A DNA stretch of 64,000 nucleotides from Ruminococcus sp. (GCA_015066805.1 SVNP01000003.1:57860-121859); one strand, 5' to 3'. Counted from the stretch's first letter, positions 1 to 10,265 are shown. Numbers and translations are program-made. Notes: generated by a model not told the origin, from the sequence alone.

Positions 1-1
1 G

Positions 2-493
2 GGCTTTGTGGCAGATACCGCCCGCAGTCTGCTGCGAGAGGAAGCCCCCGATCTGTTTTCCCTGATGCAGAACATCGGGGAGCAGTTTGGTGTGGATGGC
101 ATCCACATTTTCGCCGCCCCCGAACAAAAAGCGGTGTATAGCTGGGGACATCCCGTAAACGGCAATGCCGCTGTGCTGCTGGAGGAACCCTTTGCACGGG
201 GCTTTGGAGAGGACAGCGTTTGTGTGGTGGATAACATCAATGCGCTGGAAAATGTGGCAGATGATGCCTACCGCTGGTTTGCTGCCGAAAATATGCTGGG
301 TGCAGTGCTGTATCGTATGATGTGCAGCGGGAAGCCCATGGGCGTCATTGCCTTTGGCCTGTTCGGCAGATTCCGCAAATGGAGCACGCTGGATGTGAAT
401 CATCTTACGGTGCTGGGCGGCATCCTTGCCGCATTGATGGAAAAATACTATTTTTCGCAGGAATCGGAAGGATTCTTGCGGCAAAACGATTAA
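2..493 (+). CDS. 3' part of a gene entering from upstream of the window; possible GAF-like sensory domain
   Basis: The frame is open from the window edge to TAA 491-493, and the track ORF 8-493 begins at an internal GTG. The domain call is only a weak impression. Confidence 0.4.
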   Translation, partial: GFVADTARSLLREEAPDLFSLMQNIGEQFGVDGIHIFAAPEQKAVYSWGHPVNGNAAVLLEEPFARGFGEDSVCVVDNINALENVADDAYRWFAAENMLGAVLYRMMCSGKPMGVIAFGLFGRFRKWSTLDVNHLTVLGGILAALMEKYYFSQESEGFLRQND

Positions 494-519
494 ATTCCCC
501 TGCGGACTGAAAAAAATCC

Positions 520-548
520 TTGCAATCCGATGGATTTTGTGCTATCAT
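520..548 (+). promoter_or_regulatory. Sigma-A-type promoter for the permease gene
   Basis: TTGCAA-17 nt-TATCAT. Confidence 0.55.
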
Positions 549-601
549 AATCAATTGGTGCGATGCCGCATCAATCCTTGAGAAGAAAGAATGATGATCG
601 G

Positions 602-1765
602 ATGGCAAGAACCATCACTTTGCCCCATGTGGGACACAGCCTGCATTTCGGTGGTGTGGCTGCCTTTTGCAAGAAAAACGCCATGCTGTTCATTGCGGCG
701 GCATTGGCTTTGATGACCATGGTGCTGATTCCGCCGGACAGTGCCTACGCAGATTACTTTGACTGGAAGACCCTGAGCTGCCTGTTTGCTACGCTGGCAG
801 TGGTGTGTGCCCTGAAGAGCATACGGTTCTTTACCTTTCTGGCGCGCAAGATCGTAACTCTTGCGGGCAATACCCGTATGGCAGTGCTTGCCCTGATGGG
901 TATTACCTTTTTCGGCTCCATGCTGATGGCAAATGATATGGCGCTGCTGACCTTTCTTCCGCTGGGCTATGATGTTCTGACCTCCACACGGCAGGAAAAG
1001 CATATGCCCTTTACCTTTATCATGCAGAATATCGCAGCCAATCTGGGCGGTATGCTCACACCTTTCGGCAATCCTCAGAATCTGTTCCTGTATGAGAAGT
1101 TCCACATTGCCACAGGGGAGTTTATGCAGATCATGGCGATCCCCTTCGGGGTTGCCGTTGTACTGATCCTCCTTTGCTGCATGACCGTGAAGAAAGAACC
1201 TCTGGTGATCCGAGGAGAAATGCCCGCACCCTTGCCCAAGGGCAGAACCCTGCTGTATCTGGTGCTGTTTGCCTGCGCTATTCTGATGGTCATGCGTGTG
1301 ATGCCATGGTGGCTGGGTCTGGCAGGCATTACCGTGATTCTGCTGTTCTGCACCCCCGCCTCCCTGACCAAGGTGGATTTTGGTCTGCTGGGAACCTTTT
1401 TTGCATTCTTTATCTTCTCAGGCAATCTGGCAAGAGTAGAGCCTGTACGCGCGCTGCTTTCCCAACTGCTGGAAGGAAATCCGCTGCTGGTATCCGCACT
1501 TTCCTGCCAGATGATCAGCAATGTGCCTTCGGCTATTTTGCTGGCACAGTTTACCGATGCCTACCCTGCACTGCTCATGGGCGTGAATATCGGCGGTACC
1601 GGTACCCTGATCGCTTCGCTGGCAAGCCTGATCACCTTCCGTGAGTATGTTTCCCACTATCCGCAGAAGACAAGATCTTATGTAAAGCTGTTTTCTCTGC
1701 TGAATTTCGGTTTTCTGGCCGTGCTGCTGATCTGCTGCAGCCTGTGCCTGCCGCTGTTTTTGTAA
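602..1765 (+). CDS. ArsB/NhaD-superfamily (citrate-transporter-like) anion permease
   Basis: The ORF is almost entirely hydrophobic helices and carries FGNPQNL and [10 protein letters not shown]-type motifs. ATG 602 is preferred to 563 because a promoter lies at 520-548. Confidence 0.6.
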   Translation: MARTITLPHVGHSLHFGGVAAFCKKNAMLFIAAALALMTMVLIPPDSAYADYFDWKTLSCLFATLAVVCALKSIRFFTFLARKIVTLAGNTRMAVLALMGITFFGSMLMANDMALLTFLPLGYDVLTSTRQEKHMPFTFIMQNIAANLGGMLTPFGNPQNLFLYEKFHIATGEFMQIMAIPFGVAVVLILLCCMTVKKEPLVIRGEMPAPLPKGRTLLYLVLFACAILMVMRVMPWWLGLAGITVILLFCTPASLTKVDFGLLGTFFAFFIFSGNLARVEPVRALLSQLLEGNPLLVSALSCQMISNVPSAILLAQFTDAYPALLMGVNIGGTGTLIASLASLITFREYVSHYPQKTRSYVKLFSLLNFGFLAVLLICCSLCLPLFL

Positions 1766-1775
1766 ATCATACCCC

Positions 1776-1804
1776 AAAAGACGAGCTTCGGCTCGTCTTT
1801 TTTG
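1776..1804 (+). terminator. Intrinsic terminator after the permease gene
   Basis: Stem AAAGACGAGC/GCTCGTCTTT, TTCG loop, T-run. Confidence 0.75.
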
Positions 1805-1864
1805 CGGCACAGGTGCCGTTTTGCCCTTTTTGCAGAATTTTTTTGTTGAAAGTCCGATTTATTA

Positions 1865-1893
1865 TTGACATTTTGTCGAAATTCATCTATAAT
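1865..1893 (+). promoter_or_regulatory. Sigma-A-type promoter for potABCD
   Basis: TTGACA-17 nt-TATAAT. Confidence 0.65.
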
Positions 1894-1944
1894 GAAGTTT
1901 GCGTGCTGCGCTTTATTATCTTAAATCAGAAAGGATGTTGCCGG

Positions 1945-2988
1945 ATGGAAAACATTGTCAGCCTGAAAAATCTTGTGGTGGAGTTTGAAGACGGAGAACA
2001 GATCCTCAAAAATATCAGTCTGGATATCAAGGATAAGGAATTCGTCACCTTCCTCGGCCCCTCCGGCTGCGGAAAAACTACGACCCTGCGTATCATCGGC
2101 GGCTTTTTGGAGCCTACTGCCGGTGATGTGTTCTTTGAGGGCAAGCGGATCAACGGTCTGCCCCCCCATAAGCGTAATGTGAATACCGTGTTCCAGCGTT
2201 ATGCCCTGTTCCCGCACCTGAATGTGTACGAGAACATCGCCTTTGGCCTGCGTGTCAAAAAGCTGCCCGAAAAGGAGATCCTGAAGCGGGTAGGGGAGAT
2301 GCTGGAGCTTGTAAACCTGAAGGGCTTTGAAAAACGTACGGTCAACCGTCTTTCCGGCGGTCAGCAGCAGCGTGTTGCCATTGCCCGTGCGCTGGTCAAC
2401 CGCCCCAAGGTGCTGCTGCTGGATGAGCCTCTGGGCGCACTGGACCTGAAGCTCCGTAAGGAGATGCAGACCGAGCTGCGTAAGATCCAGCAGGCATTGG
2501 AGCTGACCTTTGTTTACGTTACCCACGATCAGGAAGAAGCCCTGACCATGTCCGATACGGTGGTGGTTATGAACAACGGCATCATCCAGCAGATCGGCTC
2601 TCCCACAGATATCTACAATGAGCCTGTCAACGCCTTTGTTGCGGATTTCATCGGCGAGAGCAATATCATCAACGGCTGTATGCCCGAAGACTGCGTGGTG
2701 GAATTCACCGGCCGCCGCTTTGCCTGTGTGGATAAGGGCTTCAGCCCCGATGAAACTGTAGATGTGGTGATCCGTCCCGAGGATGTGAAGGTGATCCCCG
2801 CAGAGAACGCAAAGCTCACCGGTATTGTGGAATCCGTGGTGTTCAAGGGTGTGCATTATGAGATGACCGTGGACGGTGTGGATCATAAGTGGATCATCCA
2901 TTCCACCAAGGCAGAACCCGTAGGTGCCATGATCGGTATGGATTTTGACCCCTACGACATCCACATTATGAAGAAAACGGAGGGCTGA
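1945..2988 (+). CDS. potA: Spermidine/putrescine ABC transporter ATP-binding protein
   Basis: Walker [10 protein letters not shown], signature [15 protein letters not shown] and Walker B LLLDEPL are present, with a C-terminal regulatory domain. The start is ATG 1945 (MENIVSL), downstream of the promoter and terminator, not the track start 1744. Confidence 0.9.
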   Translation: MENIVSLKNLVVEFEDGEQILKNISLDIKDKEFVTFLGPSGCGKTTTLRIIGGFLEPTAGDVFFEGKRINGLPPHKRNVNTVFQRYALFPHLNVYENIAFGLRVKKLPEKEILKRVGEMLELVNLKGFEKRTVNRLSGGQQQRVAIARALVNRPKVLLLDEPLGALDLKLRKEMQTELRKIQQALELTFVYVTHDQEEALTMSDTVVVMNNGIIQQIGSPTDIYNEPVNAFVADFIGESNIINGCMPEDCVVEFTGRRFACVDKGFSPDETVDVVIRPEDVKVIPAENAKLTGIVESVVFKGVHYEMTVDGVDHKWIIHSTKAEPVGAMIGMDFDPYDIHIMKKTEG

Positions 2989-2990
2989 CC

Positions 2991-3800
2991 ATGAAGCAGT
3001 TGAAAGTGTTATCTCTGCCGTATCTGGTGTGGATGGTGATCTTCATTCTGGTGCCCATTCTCATGATGGCGTTTTTCGCCTTTACCACCGAAAACGGCGC
3101 ACTCACACTGGAGCATATCTCCGATGTGGGACAGTATGCCAATATTTTTGTGCGTTCCATCTGGCTTGCCCTGATCGCCACAGCCATTTGTCTGGTGCTG
3201 GCGTACCCCATAGCCTTTATTCTTTCCCGCATGGAAAAACACAAGCAGGGCACCATGCTCATGCTGGTTATGCTGCCCATGTGGATGAATTTTCTGCTGC
3301 GTACCTATGCGTGGATGACCCTGCTGGGCAACAACGGCATCATCAACTACCTGCTGGGGCTGATCGGTCTGGGACCCTATAAGCTCATCAACACCTCTGC
3401 GGCAGTGGTACTGGGCATGGTGTATAACTACCTGCCCTTTATGATCCTGCCCCTGTATTCGGTGATGGAAAAAATCGACAAAAGCGTGATTGAAGCCGCC
3501 ACCGATCTGGGCTGCAATTCCGCAAAGGTACTGTTTAAGGTGATCCTCCCCCTGAGCCTGCCGGGTATTACCTCCGGCATTACCATGGTGTTTGTGCCTG
3601 CCATTTCTACCTTTATTATTTCCCGAATGCTGGGCGGCGGCTCCAACCTGCTCATCGGTGACCTCATCGAGATGCAGTTCCTGGGCAATGCCTATGATCC
3701 CCACCTGGGTGCAGCCATCGCATTGGTGCTTATGGTCATTATCCTTGTGATTATGACTGTCATGAACCAGTTCAGCCCCGATGACCAGGTGTTGATATAA
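2991..3800 (+). CDS. potB: Spermidine/putrescine ABC transporter permease
   Basis: It is a polytopic membrane protein with the EAA loop IEAATDLGCNSAKVLFKVILP. It lies 3 nt after the potA stop and has a GGAGGG RBS. Confidence 0.85.
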   Translation: MKQLKVLSLPYLVWMVIFILVPILMMAFFAFTTENGALTLEHISDVGQYANIFVRSIWLALIATAICLVLAYPIAFILSRMEKHKQGTMLMLVMLPMWMNFLLRTYAWMTLLGNNGIINYLLGLIGLGPYKLINTSAAVVLGMVYNYLPFMILPLYSVMEKIDKSVIEAATDLGCNSAKVLFKVILPLSLPGITSGITMVFVPAISTFIISRMLGGGSNLLIGDLIEMQFLGNAYDPHLGAAIALVLMVIILVIMTVMNQFSPDDQVLI

Positions 3801-3813
3801 GGAGGTGCTTTCC

Positions 3814-4617
3814 ATGAAAAAACTCGGCAATGTATATCTGGCACTGATTCTGTTGTTTTTGTATCTGCCTATTTTTGTGCTGATCGTCTTTTCCTTCAAC
3901 GAAACCAAAAGCCGTTCCGTGTTCAGCGGCTTTACGCTGGATTGGTATGTGCGCCTGTTCCATAACAAGGCCATCATCGCATCGCTGATCAATACTCTGA
4001 TCATCGCAACACTGGCAAGTATCATTTCCACCGTGCTGGGCACGCTGGCAGCCATCGGCATCAACAGCATGAAGAAAGTCCCCAAGGCGGTGGTCATGAA
4101 CATCACCAATATGCCTGTCATCAATCCGGAGATCGTAACGGGTGTTTCCATGATGCTGCTGTTCGTGTTCTTTGCCGCCAGAATGAATCTGGAGTTTGGC
4201 TTTGTCACGCTGCTCATCGCCCATATCACCTTTGATGTGCCCTATGTGATACTGAATATCATGCCAAAATTCAAGCAGATGGATCCCCACCTGTTTGAGG
4301 CGGCACAGGATCTGGGCTGCAGCCCCTTCCAGTCCTTCCGCAAGGTCATTCTGCCGGAGATCATGCCGGGTATCATCAGCGGCTTCCTTATGGCATTTAC
4401 CTATTCGCTGGATGATTTCGTCATCAGCTACTTTACCAGCGGCTCTACCTCCCAGACCCTGCCCATCACCATCTACTCCATGACCAGAAGAAAGATCTCC
4501 CCCGAGATCAACGCCCTTTCCACCCTGCTGTTCATTGCGGTGGTCGCCATTTTGATCGTGAAGAACATCATTGAAACCAAGCAGGCGAAGAAAAACGCCG
4601 GCTACAAAGGAGTGTAA
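3814..4617 (+). CDS. potC: Spermidine/putrescine ABC transporter permease
   Basis: The EAA loop FEAAQDLGCSPFQSFRKVILP is present. ATG 3814 is preceded by an AGGAGG RBS. Confidence 0.85.
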   Translation: MKKLGNVYLALILLFLYLPIFVLIVFSFNETKSRSVFSGFTLDWYVRLFHNKAIIASLINTLIIATLASIISTVLGTLAAIGINSMKKVPKAVVMNITNMPVINPEIVTGVSMMLLFVFFAARMNLEFGFVTLLIAHITFDVPYVILNIMPKFKQMDPHLFEAAQDLGCSPFQSFRKVILPEIMPGIISGFLMAFTYSLDDFVISYFTSGSTSQTLPITIYSMTRRKISPEINALSTLLFIAVVAILIVKNIIETKQAKKNAGYKGV

Positions 4618-4619
4618 GC

Positions 4620-5891
4620 ATGAAGAACAGACTCTTTTCCCTGCTGGCACTCTCTGTCCTCAGCCTGAGCCTGCTGGGGGGCTGTGCATCCCCGGAGGCA
4701 GAAGGGGAGGAGGAAGAGGAGGAGATCTCCGTACAGACCCTGACCGTTTCCGACCCCGACTACTACACCCGCTTCAAGGGGCAGGATATTTCCATCAACG
4801 TGTATAACTGGGGTGAGTACATCTCCACCGGTGCCGATGAAGGCACACTGGATGTGAACACAGAGTTTGAAAAGCTCACCGGTATTAAGGTGAATTACAC
4901 CAACTACGCCACCAACGAGGAGCTGTATGCCAAGCTCAAGGGCGGCGGTGCTGCCTACGATATCATCATTCCCTCCGATTACATGATCAGCAAAATGATC
5001 AAGGAGAAAATGGTGCAGCAGCTTAACTTTGAGAACATCCCCAACTTCAGCTATATTATGGATAACTTCCGCAACATGGAGTACGACCCCGAAAATGCGT
5101 ATTCCGTGCCCTATACATGGGGTACCGTGGGCATCATCTATGATGCCAGTGTGGTGGATATGAATGAGGAGGACATCGACTGGGATCTGCTGTGGGATGA
5201 AACCTACGCCGACCAGATCCTCATGTTTGATAACCCCCGCGATGCCTTTGCCATCGGCGAGATCCTGCTGGGATATTCCCTGAATACCGAAAACCCCGAT
5301 GAGCTGAAGGCTGTTGCCGAAAAGCTGAAGGAGCAGAAGAAGATCGTGCAGGGCTATGTCATGGATGAGATCTTTGACAAAATGGGTGCAGGCGATGCCC
5401 TCATCGCCCCCTATTATGCCGGCGATGCCCTGACCATTATGGAGGAAAACGACTCCCTGAACTTTGTGGTGCCCGCCAGCGGTACCAACCTGTTTGTGGA
5501 TGCCATGTGCATTCCCACGGGTGCCAAGCAGAAGGAAGCCGCAGAAATGTACATCAATTTTATGTGTGAGCCGGATATCGCCTTTGCCAACATTGATTAC
5601 ATCTGCTACTCCACCCCCCATTCCGCAGCCTTTGATATGCTGGATGAGGAGGTCCGGAACGACCCCATTTCCTACCCCGATGAAGAGCTGATCGCAAACC
5701 GTACCACCGTGTTTGTCAACCTTTCCGATGAAGCCAACCGTACCATGCAGGATCTGTGGACAGAAATGAAATCCGCCGATGACGAAACCGTCAATCGCTG
5801 GCTGGTGCCTGTGTTCCTGCTGTGCTGCCTGGGCATTATCGTGTTTGTGCTGGTGCGGCGGTACATCAAAAGCAAAAAGGATATCTTCTGA
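4620..5891 (+). CDS. potD: PotD/PotF-family polyamine-binding lipoprotein with an extra C-terminal transmembrane helix
   Basis: It has the lipobox LLGGC, an acidic linker and a PotD-like body (VYNWGEYI, IIPSDYMI). The C-terminal hydrophobic segment is WLVPVFLLCCLGIIVFVLV followed by RRYIKSKK. Confidence 0.85.
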   Translation: MKNRLFSLLALSVLSLSLLGGCASPEAEGEEEEEEISVQTLTVSDPDYYTRFKGQDISINVYNWGEYISTGADEGTLDVNTEFEKLTGIKVNYTNYATNEELYAKLKGGGAAYDIIIPSDYMISKMIKEKMVQQLNFENIPNFSYIMDNFRNMEYDPENAYSVPYTWGTVGIIYDASVVDMNEEDIDWDLLWDETYADQILMFDNPRDAFAIGEILLGYSLNTENPDELKAVAEKLKEQKKIVQGYVMDEIFDKMGAGDALIAPYYAGDALTIMEENDSLNFVVPASGTNLFVDAMCIPTGAKQKEAAEMYINFMCEPDIAFANIDYICYSTPHSAAFDMLDEEVRNDPISYPDEELIANRTTVFVNLSDEANRTMQDLWTEMKSADDETVNRWLVPVFLLCCLGIIVFVLVRRYIKSKKDIF

Positions 5892-5900
5892 AAAAACTGT

Positions 5901-5939
5901 CACCCGAAGAACGGTACTGTGCTGTTCTTCGGGTGTTTT
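5901..5939 (+). terminator. Intrinsic terminator after potD
   Basis: Stem CACCCGAAGAAC../..GTTCTTCGGGTG followed by TTTT. Confidence 0.7.
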
Positions 5940-6001
5940 CTATGCTTTTTGCTGATTTTATGCCCTTTTCTTTGCGTTTTGTACTGTGATGAGGATTTCC
6001 C

Positions 6002-6031
6002 TTGACAGAAAAACACAATGTATGGTATACT
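6002..6031 (+). promoter_or_regulatory. Sigma-A-type promoter for the HExxH dockerin gene
   Basis: TTGACA-18 nt-TATACT. Confidence 0.55.
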
Positions 6032-6116
6032 GCAATTACACTTTGCGAATGTGAACGTATTTTATACATTCTGTAAAGTGAGAAAAAGAAACATCGAAAT
6101 TGGGAGGAAAATCACT

Positions 6117-8858
6117 ATGAAACTGCGCTTCAAACCGATGGCATCTGCCATCACAAGCGGCGCACTGCTGGGGGCTATGCTGAACATCATGCCCATGACG
6201 GCGGTGCAGGCGGAGGAATTTGCTGTCCGTGACAAATGGGGCTATTGCTCCACCGCAAACTACGTCACCTCGGAGCATTTCTGTATCTTCTACGGCAACA
6301 ACGATACCACAGGACAGGTCAACGATGCCTTTCTGCAGCGGAATCTGGCAGATTTTGAACGGATCTACCAGTTCTATATGACCGAGCTGGGCATGGAAAG
6401 CCCCAACGTGGATATGTACGGCAGAAGTGATCAGAAGTATAAGGTCAATGTGTATCTGACCTATACCGGTCTGGATCAGTACCCCGATGGCTGGGCATTT
6501 ATGAGTGCCGAGGACGGCTACGGCATCCATATCATCAGTCCCAATGCCATGCTGGATGACCTGACCATCGCCCATGAGTTCGGCCATGTGGTCACCATGC
6601 ACCAGAAGGCATGGGTGGATCAGGATATTTCCGGCGCATGGTGGGAGTGTACCGCCAACTGGTTCCGTGAGATGTATCTGGCAAGTGACTACTACCAGGG
6701 CAATGTGCAGACCTGCTGGTTCGAGCCATATATCCGCAACATGAGCCTGACGACCCCCCACGGCAGAAACTATTATGAGGTATGGCCTCTGCTGGTGTAT
6801 CTTTCCCTGAATCCCGATAACCTCACCGGTCTTGGCATGAACGCCATGCAGCGTCTGATGTCCGAGGCTCTGCCCGGCGAATACCCCTTTGATACCATGA
6901 CTCGTATCTACGGCACCGATGCCCAGACCATTCTGGGACATTATGCCAAGCGTATGGCTACCTTTGATTTCGGCAATCAGGCAGCCTATCAGCAGGAATT
7001 CAACAACAAGGTGGCATCTTCCCCCTATTACTGGAGCCTGTTCTACACCGTACTGGAGGATGGAAACGACGGCTGGCTGTATGCTCCCGCAGAGGATGCC
7101 CCCATGCAGTCGGGCATCAACATTGTGCCCCTTACCGTTACCGGTGATACCATTACCGCAACCCTCAAGGGTCTTTCCAATGATCCCAATGCAGGCTGGC
7201 GTGCAGCCATTGTTACGGTAGATGCAGGCGGCAATGAGACCTACTCCGATCTGTTTGGGGCAGGCGATACCATGACAGTATCCGCAAACGGTGCCGTATC
7301 CGCTTACCTGACTGTTGTGGGTACTCCGGATGATCTCTACGATGTGAACGCCTTCCATAAGGAAGCGGTTTCCTCCTACAAATACGGCACCGAGCGTGCT
7401 AGATATCCCTATGCCGTGCAGCTCAGCGGTGCAGCCGTGCAGCAGACCGGCGGATACAGAAAGGGCAGCGGTCATGCCCACAGCAACGGCGGCGGCTGGG
7501 TCGCAGACAGTGCATCTGTGGCAGATTCCGTGTATGTGGGTCCCAACGCTATGGTGCTGGGCAATGCCAATCTTTCGGGCAATGTGCGGGTTGAGGATTA
7601 CGCCATTGTCGCCAACAGCGTTACCGCTACCGATCACGCAATCATCAGCGGCCATGCCGTAGTCGATGGCGGCGGTATGATCTACAACAACGGCTGGGTA
7701 TTCGGTACGGTCAAGCTCAGCGGCAATGCCGTTGTCAGCGATCATGCTGTGGTCAGCAATTCCTGTACCGTATCGGGCAATGCCAAGGTGCTGCAAAACG
7801 CCTTTGTGACCGAGGCTGTTACCGTTACCGATAACGCCGTGGTCAAGGGTATGTCCTATGTATACGGCACCGGTACCTATTCCGGTCAGGTGATTCTGGA
7901 TGGCGACTACGCCAACACCGAATCCCTCAGCAGCGGTACTGCCTTTGGCTGGCTGGATACCGCAGGTACCGCCTATACCGATGGCATGATCTCCGGCTAT
8001 GATTTCTCCCGCGATACCACCACCTGGGCATATGACCGGCACGCAGCCACCAACGCCATGCAAAACGGTGCCGTATGGCAGAGCGACCGTACCTCTGCAA
8101 GCGGCGTACTGAACCTGGATGGCGATGATGATTTCATTACACTGGATAATTCCGTGGCAAAAGCACATGGTCTGCAGATCAGTCTGGCAGCACTGTGGAA
8201 GGGCGGCACCGCACAGCAGGATCTGTTCTGGTTTGGCGATGAAAACGCCTACATGACCTTTACGCCTGCCAATGCAAACGGTGTGGCAGAGTTCGTCATC
8301 ACCGATGGCGTGACCACCCAGACCCTGACTGCCTCTGCCCCCTTGACCAAGGGCGAGTGGAGCAAGATCACCATTCGTTTGTTTGACGGCAACGGTACCC
8401 TGCTCATTAACGGTCAGCAGGCAGCCGCAGGTGCCGTCAGCCTGACTCCCATGAATGTGATGAGTGCCGCCGCAGATGACAACTGCTATCTGGGCAAGGG
8501 CGTGGCACATAACAGCTTTAAGGGTGCTGTGGATTACTGCAACTTCTACTTTAAGGCAGTGGATGAGCCTGACACAAGCTATTACGGCAGCGAGGAGATC
8601 GACGATAACGATCCTAACGGTGAGCCTCCTGTGCAGAATATTAGCTGGGGTGATGTGGACTGCAACGGTGAGGTAAAGGTTGCCGATGTCATTCTGCTGA
8701 ACCGTTTTATCGGTGAGGATATTGCAATCTCTGTTACCGTGCAGGGTCTGCTGAATGCAGATTGTGCCTATGACGGCGATGTGACCCCCGAGGATTCCAC
8801 CCAGATCCTGAAGTATCTGGCAGGTATGATCCCTTACAGCGCACTGGGCAATCAGTAA
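6117..8858 (+). CDS. Secreted multidomain dockerin protein: HExxH (HEFGH) domain, hexapeptide/beta-helix repeat region, LamG-like domain, C-terminal dockerin
   Basis: It has a signal peptide (MKLRFKPMASAITSGALLGAML..VQA), the motif IAHEFGHVV and a long run of N/G/V-rich 6-residue periodic repeats. A LamG-like block (LNLDGDDDFITL ... FKGAVDYCNFYF) follows. The dockerin reads GDVDCNGEVKVADVILLNRFIGED...NADCAYDGDVTPEDSTQILKYLAG. ATG 6117 has a GGGAGG RBS. Confidence 0.8.
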   Translation: MKLRFKPMASAITSGALLGAMLNIMPMTAVQAEEFAVRDKWGYCSTANYVTSEHFCIFYGNNDTTGQVNDAFLQRNLADFERIYQFYMTELGMESPNVDMYGRSDQKYKVNVYLTYTGLDQYPDGWAFMSAEDGYGIHIISPNAMLDDLTIAHEFGHVVTMHQKAWVDQDISGAWWECTANWFREMYLASDYYQGNVQTCWFEPYIRNMSLTTPHGRNYYEVWPLLVYLSLNPDNLTGLGMNAMQRLMSEALPGEYPFDTMTRIYGTDAQTILGHYAKRMATFDFGNQAAYQQEFNNKVASSPYYWSLFYTVLEDGNDGWLYAPAEDAPMQSGINIVPLTVTGDTITATLKGLSNDPNAGWRAAIVTVDAGGNETYSDLFGAGDTMTVSANGAVSAYLTVVGTPDDLYDVNAFHKEAVSSYKYGTERARYPYAVQLSGAAVQQTGGYRKGSGHAHSNGGGWVADSASVADSVYVGPNAMVLGNANLSGNVRVEDYAIVANSVTATDHAIISGHAVVDGGGMIYNNGWVFGTVKLSGNAVVSDHAVVSNSCTVSGNAKVLQNAFVTEAVTVTDNAVVKGMSYVYGTGTYSGQVILDGDYANTESLSSGTAFGWLDTAGTAYTDGMISGYDFSRDTTTWAYDRHAATNAMQNGAVWQSDRTSASGVLNLDGDDDFITLDNSVAKAHGLQISLAALWKGGTAQQDLFWFGDENAYMTFTPANANGVAEFVITDGVTTQTLTASAPLTKGEWSKITIRLFDGNGTLLINGQQAAAGAVSLTPMNVMSAAADDNCYLGKGVAHNSFKGAVDYCNFYFKAVDEPDTSYYGSEEIDDNDPNGEPPVQNISWGDVDCNGEVKVADVILLNRFIGEDIAISVTVQGLLNADCAYDGDVTPEDSTQILKYLAGMIPYSALGNQ

Positions 8859-8861
8859 AAC

Positions 8862-8899
8862 AAAAACGGTTGATCTCCTCGGAGGTCAACCGTTTTTTT
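8862..8899. terminator. Bidirectional terminator between convergent genes
   Basis: Stem ACGGTTGATCTCC/GGAGGTCAACCGT, flanked by an A-run and a T-run. Confidence 0.75.
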
Positions 8900-8904
8900 G
8901 AATA

Positions 8905-10080
8905 TCAGCGCATCACCCATCGGATGACCGTTCTTGCCACACGGTACAGTGGTGTTTCCAGTACCTTTTTCGCTTGCTTCAGCTCCTTGCGGATGGCAAT
9001 TCCCTGCGGACAGTGTTTTTCACATTTGCCGCAGCCTACACAATTGGAGGCACCGGTGGAATGCTTTCGCAGAGCCGTACACATGACATAATCAAAAAAT
9101 GCGCGGAATCTGCCATCACTGTATCGGCGGTTGTAAGCCGCAAAGGTACCGGGGATATCCACATCCTTGGGGCAGGGCATACAGTAGCCGCAGCCGGTGC
9201 AGCCCACCTTCATTTTTGCGTTGATAGCCTGCACCACCTTTTGCAGCATGGCTTCTTCTTTGGGGCCAAGCTCTCCCACTGCCACGGTGGATGCGGTATG
9301 GATATTATCCCTGACCATAGCATCGGAATTCATACCGGACAGCACCACCGTTACCTCCGGCTGATTCCACAGCCAGCGCAAAGCCCATTGTGCAGGTGTA
9401 TGCCGGATCTCATAGTCTGCAAAGATCTTTTTTGCATCCTCCGGCAGACGGTTCACCAGTCTGCCGCCTCTCAGCGGCTCCATAATGATGACAGGCAGTC
9501 CCTTGGCGTTGGCATAATGCAGTCCTCTGCGTCCTGCCTGAGAATGCTCATCCAGATAGTTGTACTGGATCTGGCAGAAATCCCAGTCATAGGCATCCAC
9601 CAGCTTGCAGAACATATCCGCATTGCCGTGATAGGAAAACCCTACCTGACGGATGGCACCGCTTGCCTGCTTCTGCCGCAGCCACGCTTCAATACCAAGC
9701 TGCTTCAGACGCTCCCACGTGTGGGTATCGGGCAGCATATGCATGAGGTAGTAGTCCACATAATCCGTCCGCAGACGTTTCAGTTGTTCGGCAAACAGCT
9801 TATCCAGTCCCTCCATGCTTTTGATGAGGGCATGGGGCATTTTGGTGGCAATGTAAACCTCCCTGCGGATGCCGTTTTGTTCTAAGATCTTACCCAGTGC
9901 AGCCTCGCTGCCGGGATAAATATAGGCCGTATCGAAGTAATTCACACCGGCATGAAAAGCCGTCAAGATCTCCGCTTCCGTTTCCCTCAGATCAATGCCG
10001 CCTGCTTTCTGTGGAAAACGCATACAGCCAAAGCCCAGAACAGAAAGCTTGTTGCCGTAACGATCGTTTCTGTATTGCAA
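8905..10080 (-). CDS. Aldo/keto reductase with C-terminal 4Fe-4S ferredoxin-type cluster motifs
   Basis: AKR N-terminus LSVLGFGCMRF is present, with C-terminal CTGCGYCMPCP and CVGCGKCEKHCP. A TTG start at 10078-10080 lies 7 nt after a GGAGG; the track start 10239 lies upstream of the promoter. Confidence 0.75.
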   Translation of the reverse strand: MQYRNDRYGNKLSVLGFGCMRFPQKAGGIDLRETEAEILTAFHAGVNYFDTAYIYPGSEAALGKILEQNGIRREVYIATKMPHALIKSMEGLDKLFAEQLKRLRTDYVDYYLMHMLPDTHTWERLKQLGIEAWLRQKQASGAIRQVGFSYHGNADMFCKLVDAYDWDFCQIQYNYLDEHSQAGRRGLHYANAKGLPVIIMEPLRGGRLVNRLPEDAKKIFADYEIRHTPAQWALRWLWNQPEVTVVLSGMNSDAMVRDNIHTASTVAVGELGPKEEAMLQKVVQAINAKMKVGCTGCGYCMPCPKDVDIPGTFAAYNRRYSDGRFRAFFDYVMCTALRKHSTGASNCVGCGKCEKHCPQGIAIRKELKQAKKVLETPLYRVARTVIRWVMR

Positions 10081-10141
10081 AAATAACCCTCCCATGCAGT
10101 TTTTCTGTTGCACAGCTTGTATCAGATGTCCCTTTCGGTTC

Positions 10142-10170
10142 ATTATACCCGTATTATGGGAAAAAGTCAA
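10142..10170 (-). promoter_or_regulatory. Sigma-A-type promoter for the aldo/keto reductase gene
   Basis: TTGACT-17 nt-TATAAT, read on the minus strand. Confidence 0.6.
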
Positions 10171-10182
10171 TGCCCCCAAACA

Positions 10183-10222
10183 AAAAGCTGCTTTTGAGCA
10201 AGGCATCAAAAGCAGCTTTTTT
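10183..10222. terminator. Terminator after ileS (bidirectional shape)
   Basis: Stem AAAAGCTGCTTTTGA/TCAAAAGCAGCTTTT. Confidence 0.7.
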
Positions 10223-10265
10223 GTATTTTGGTCTGTCATTCTGCCTGCATTGAGGCATTTACGGC

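Noticed and set aside
1744-1944. N-terminal extension of the potA ORF, and similar upstream extensions of many track ORFs (for example 6018, 22713-25652, 47247-50036, 49884, 46263)
   Set aside because: The extensions run through terminators or promoters and lack RBSs. Internal ATG or TTG codons with good RBSs match the expected family N-termini.
6036-8510. 824-aa ORF antisense to the dockerin HExxH gene
   Set aside because: It is a shadow frame of a GC-rich, well-supported gene on the opposite strand. It has a low-complexity Gly/His/Ile-rich composition, no RBS and no motif.
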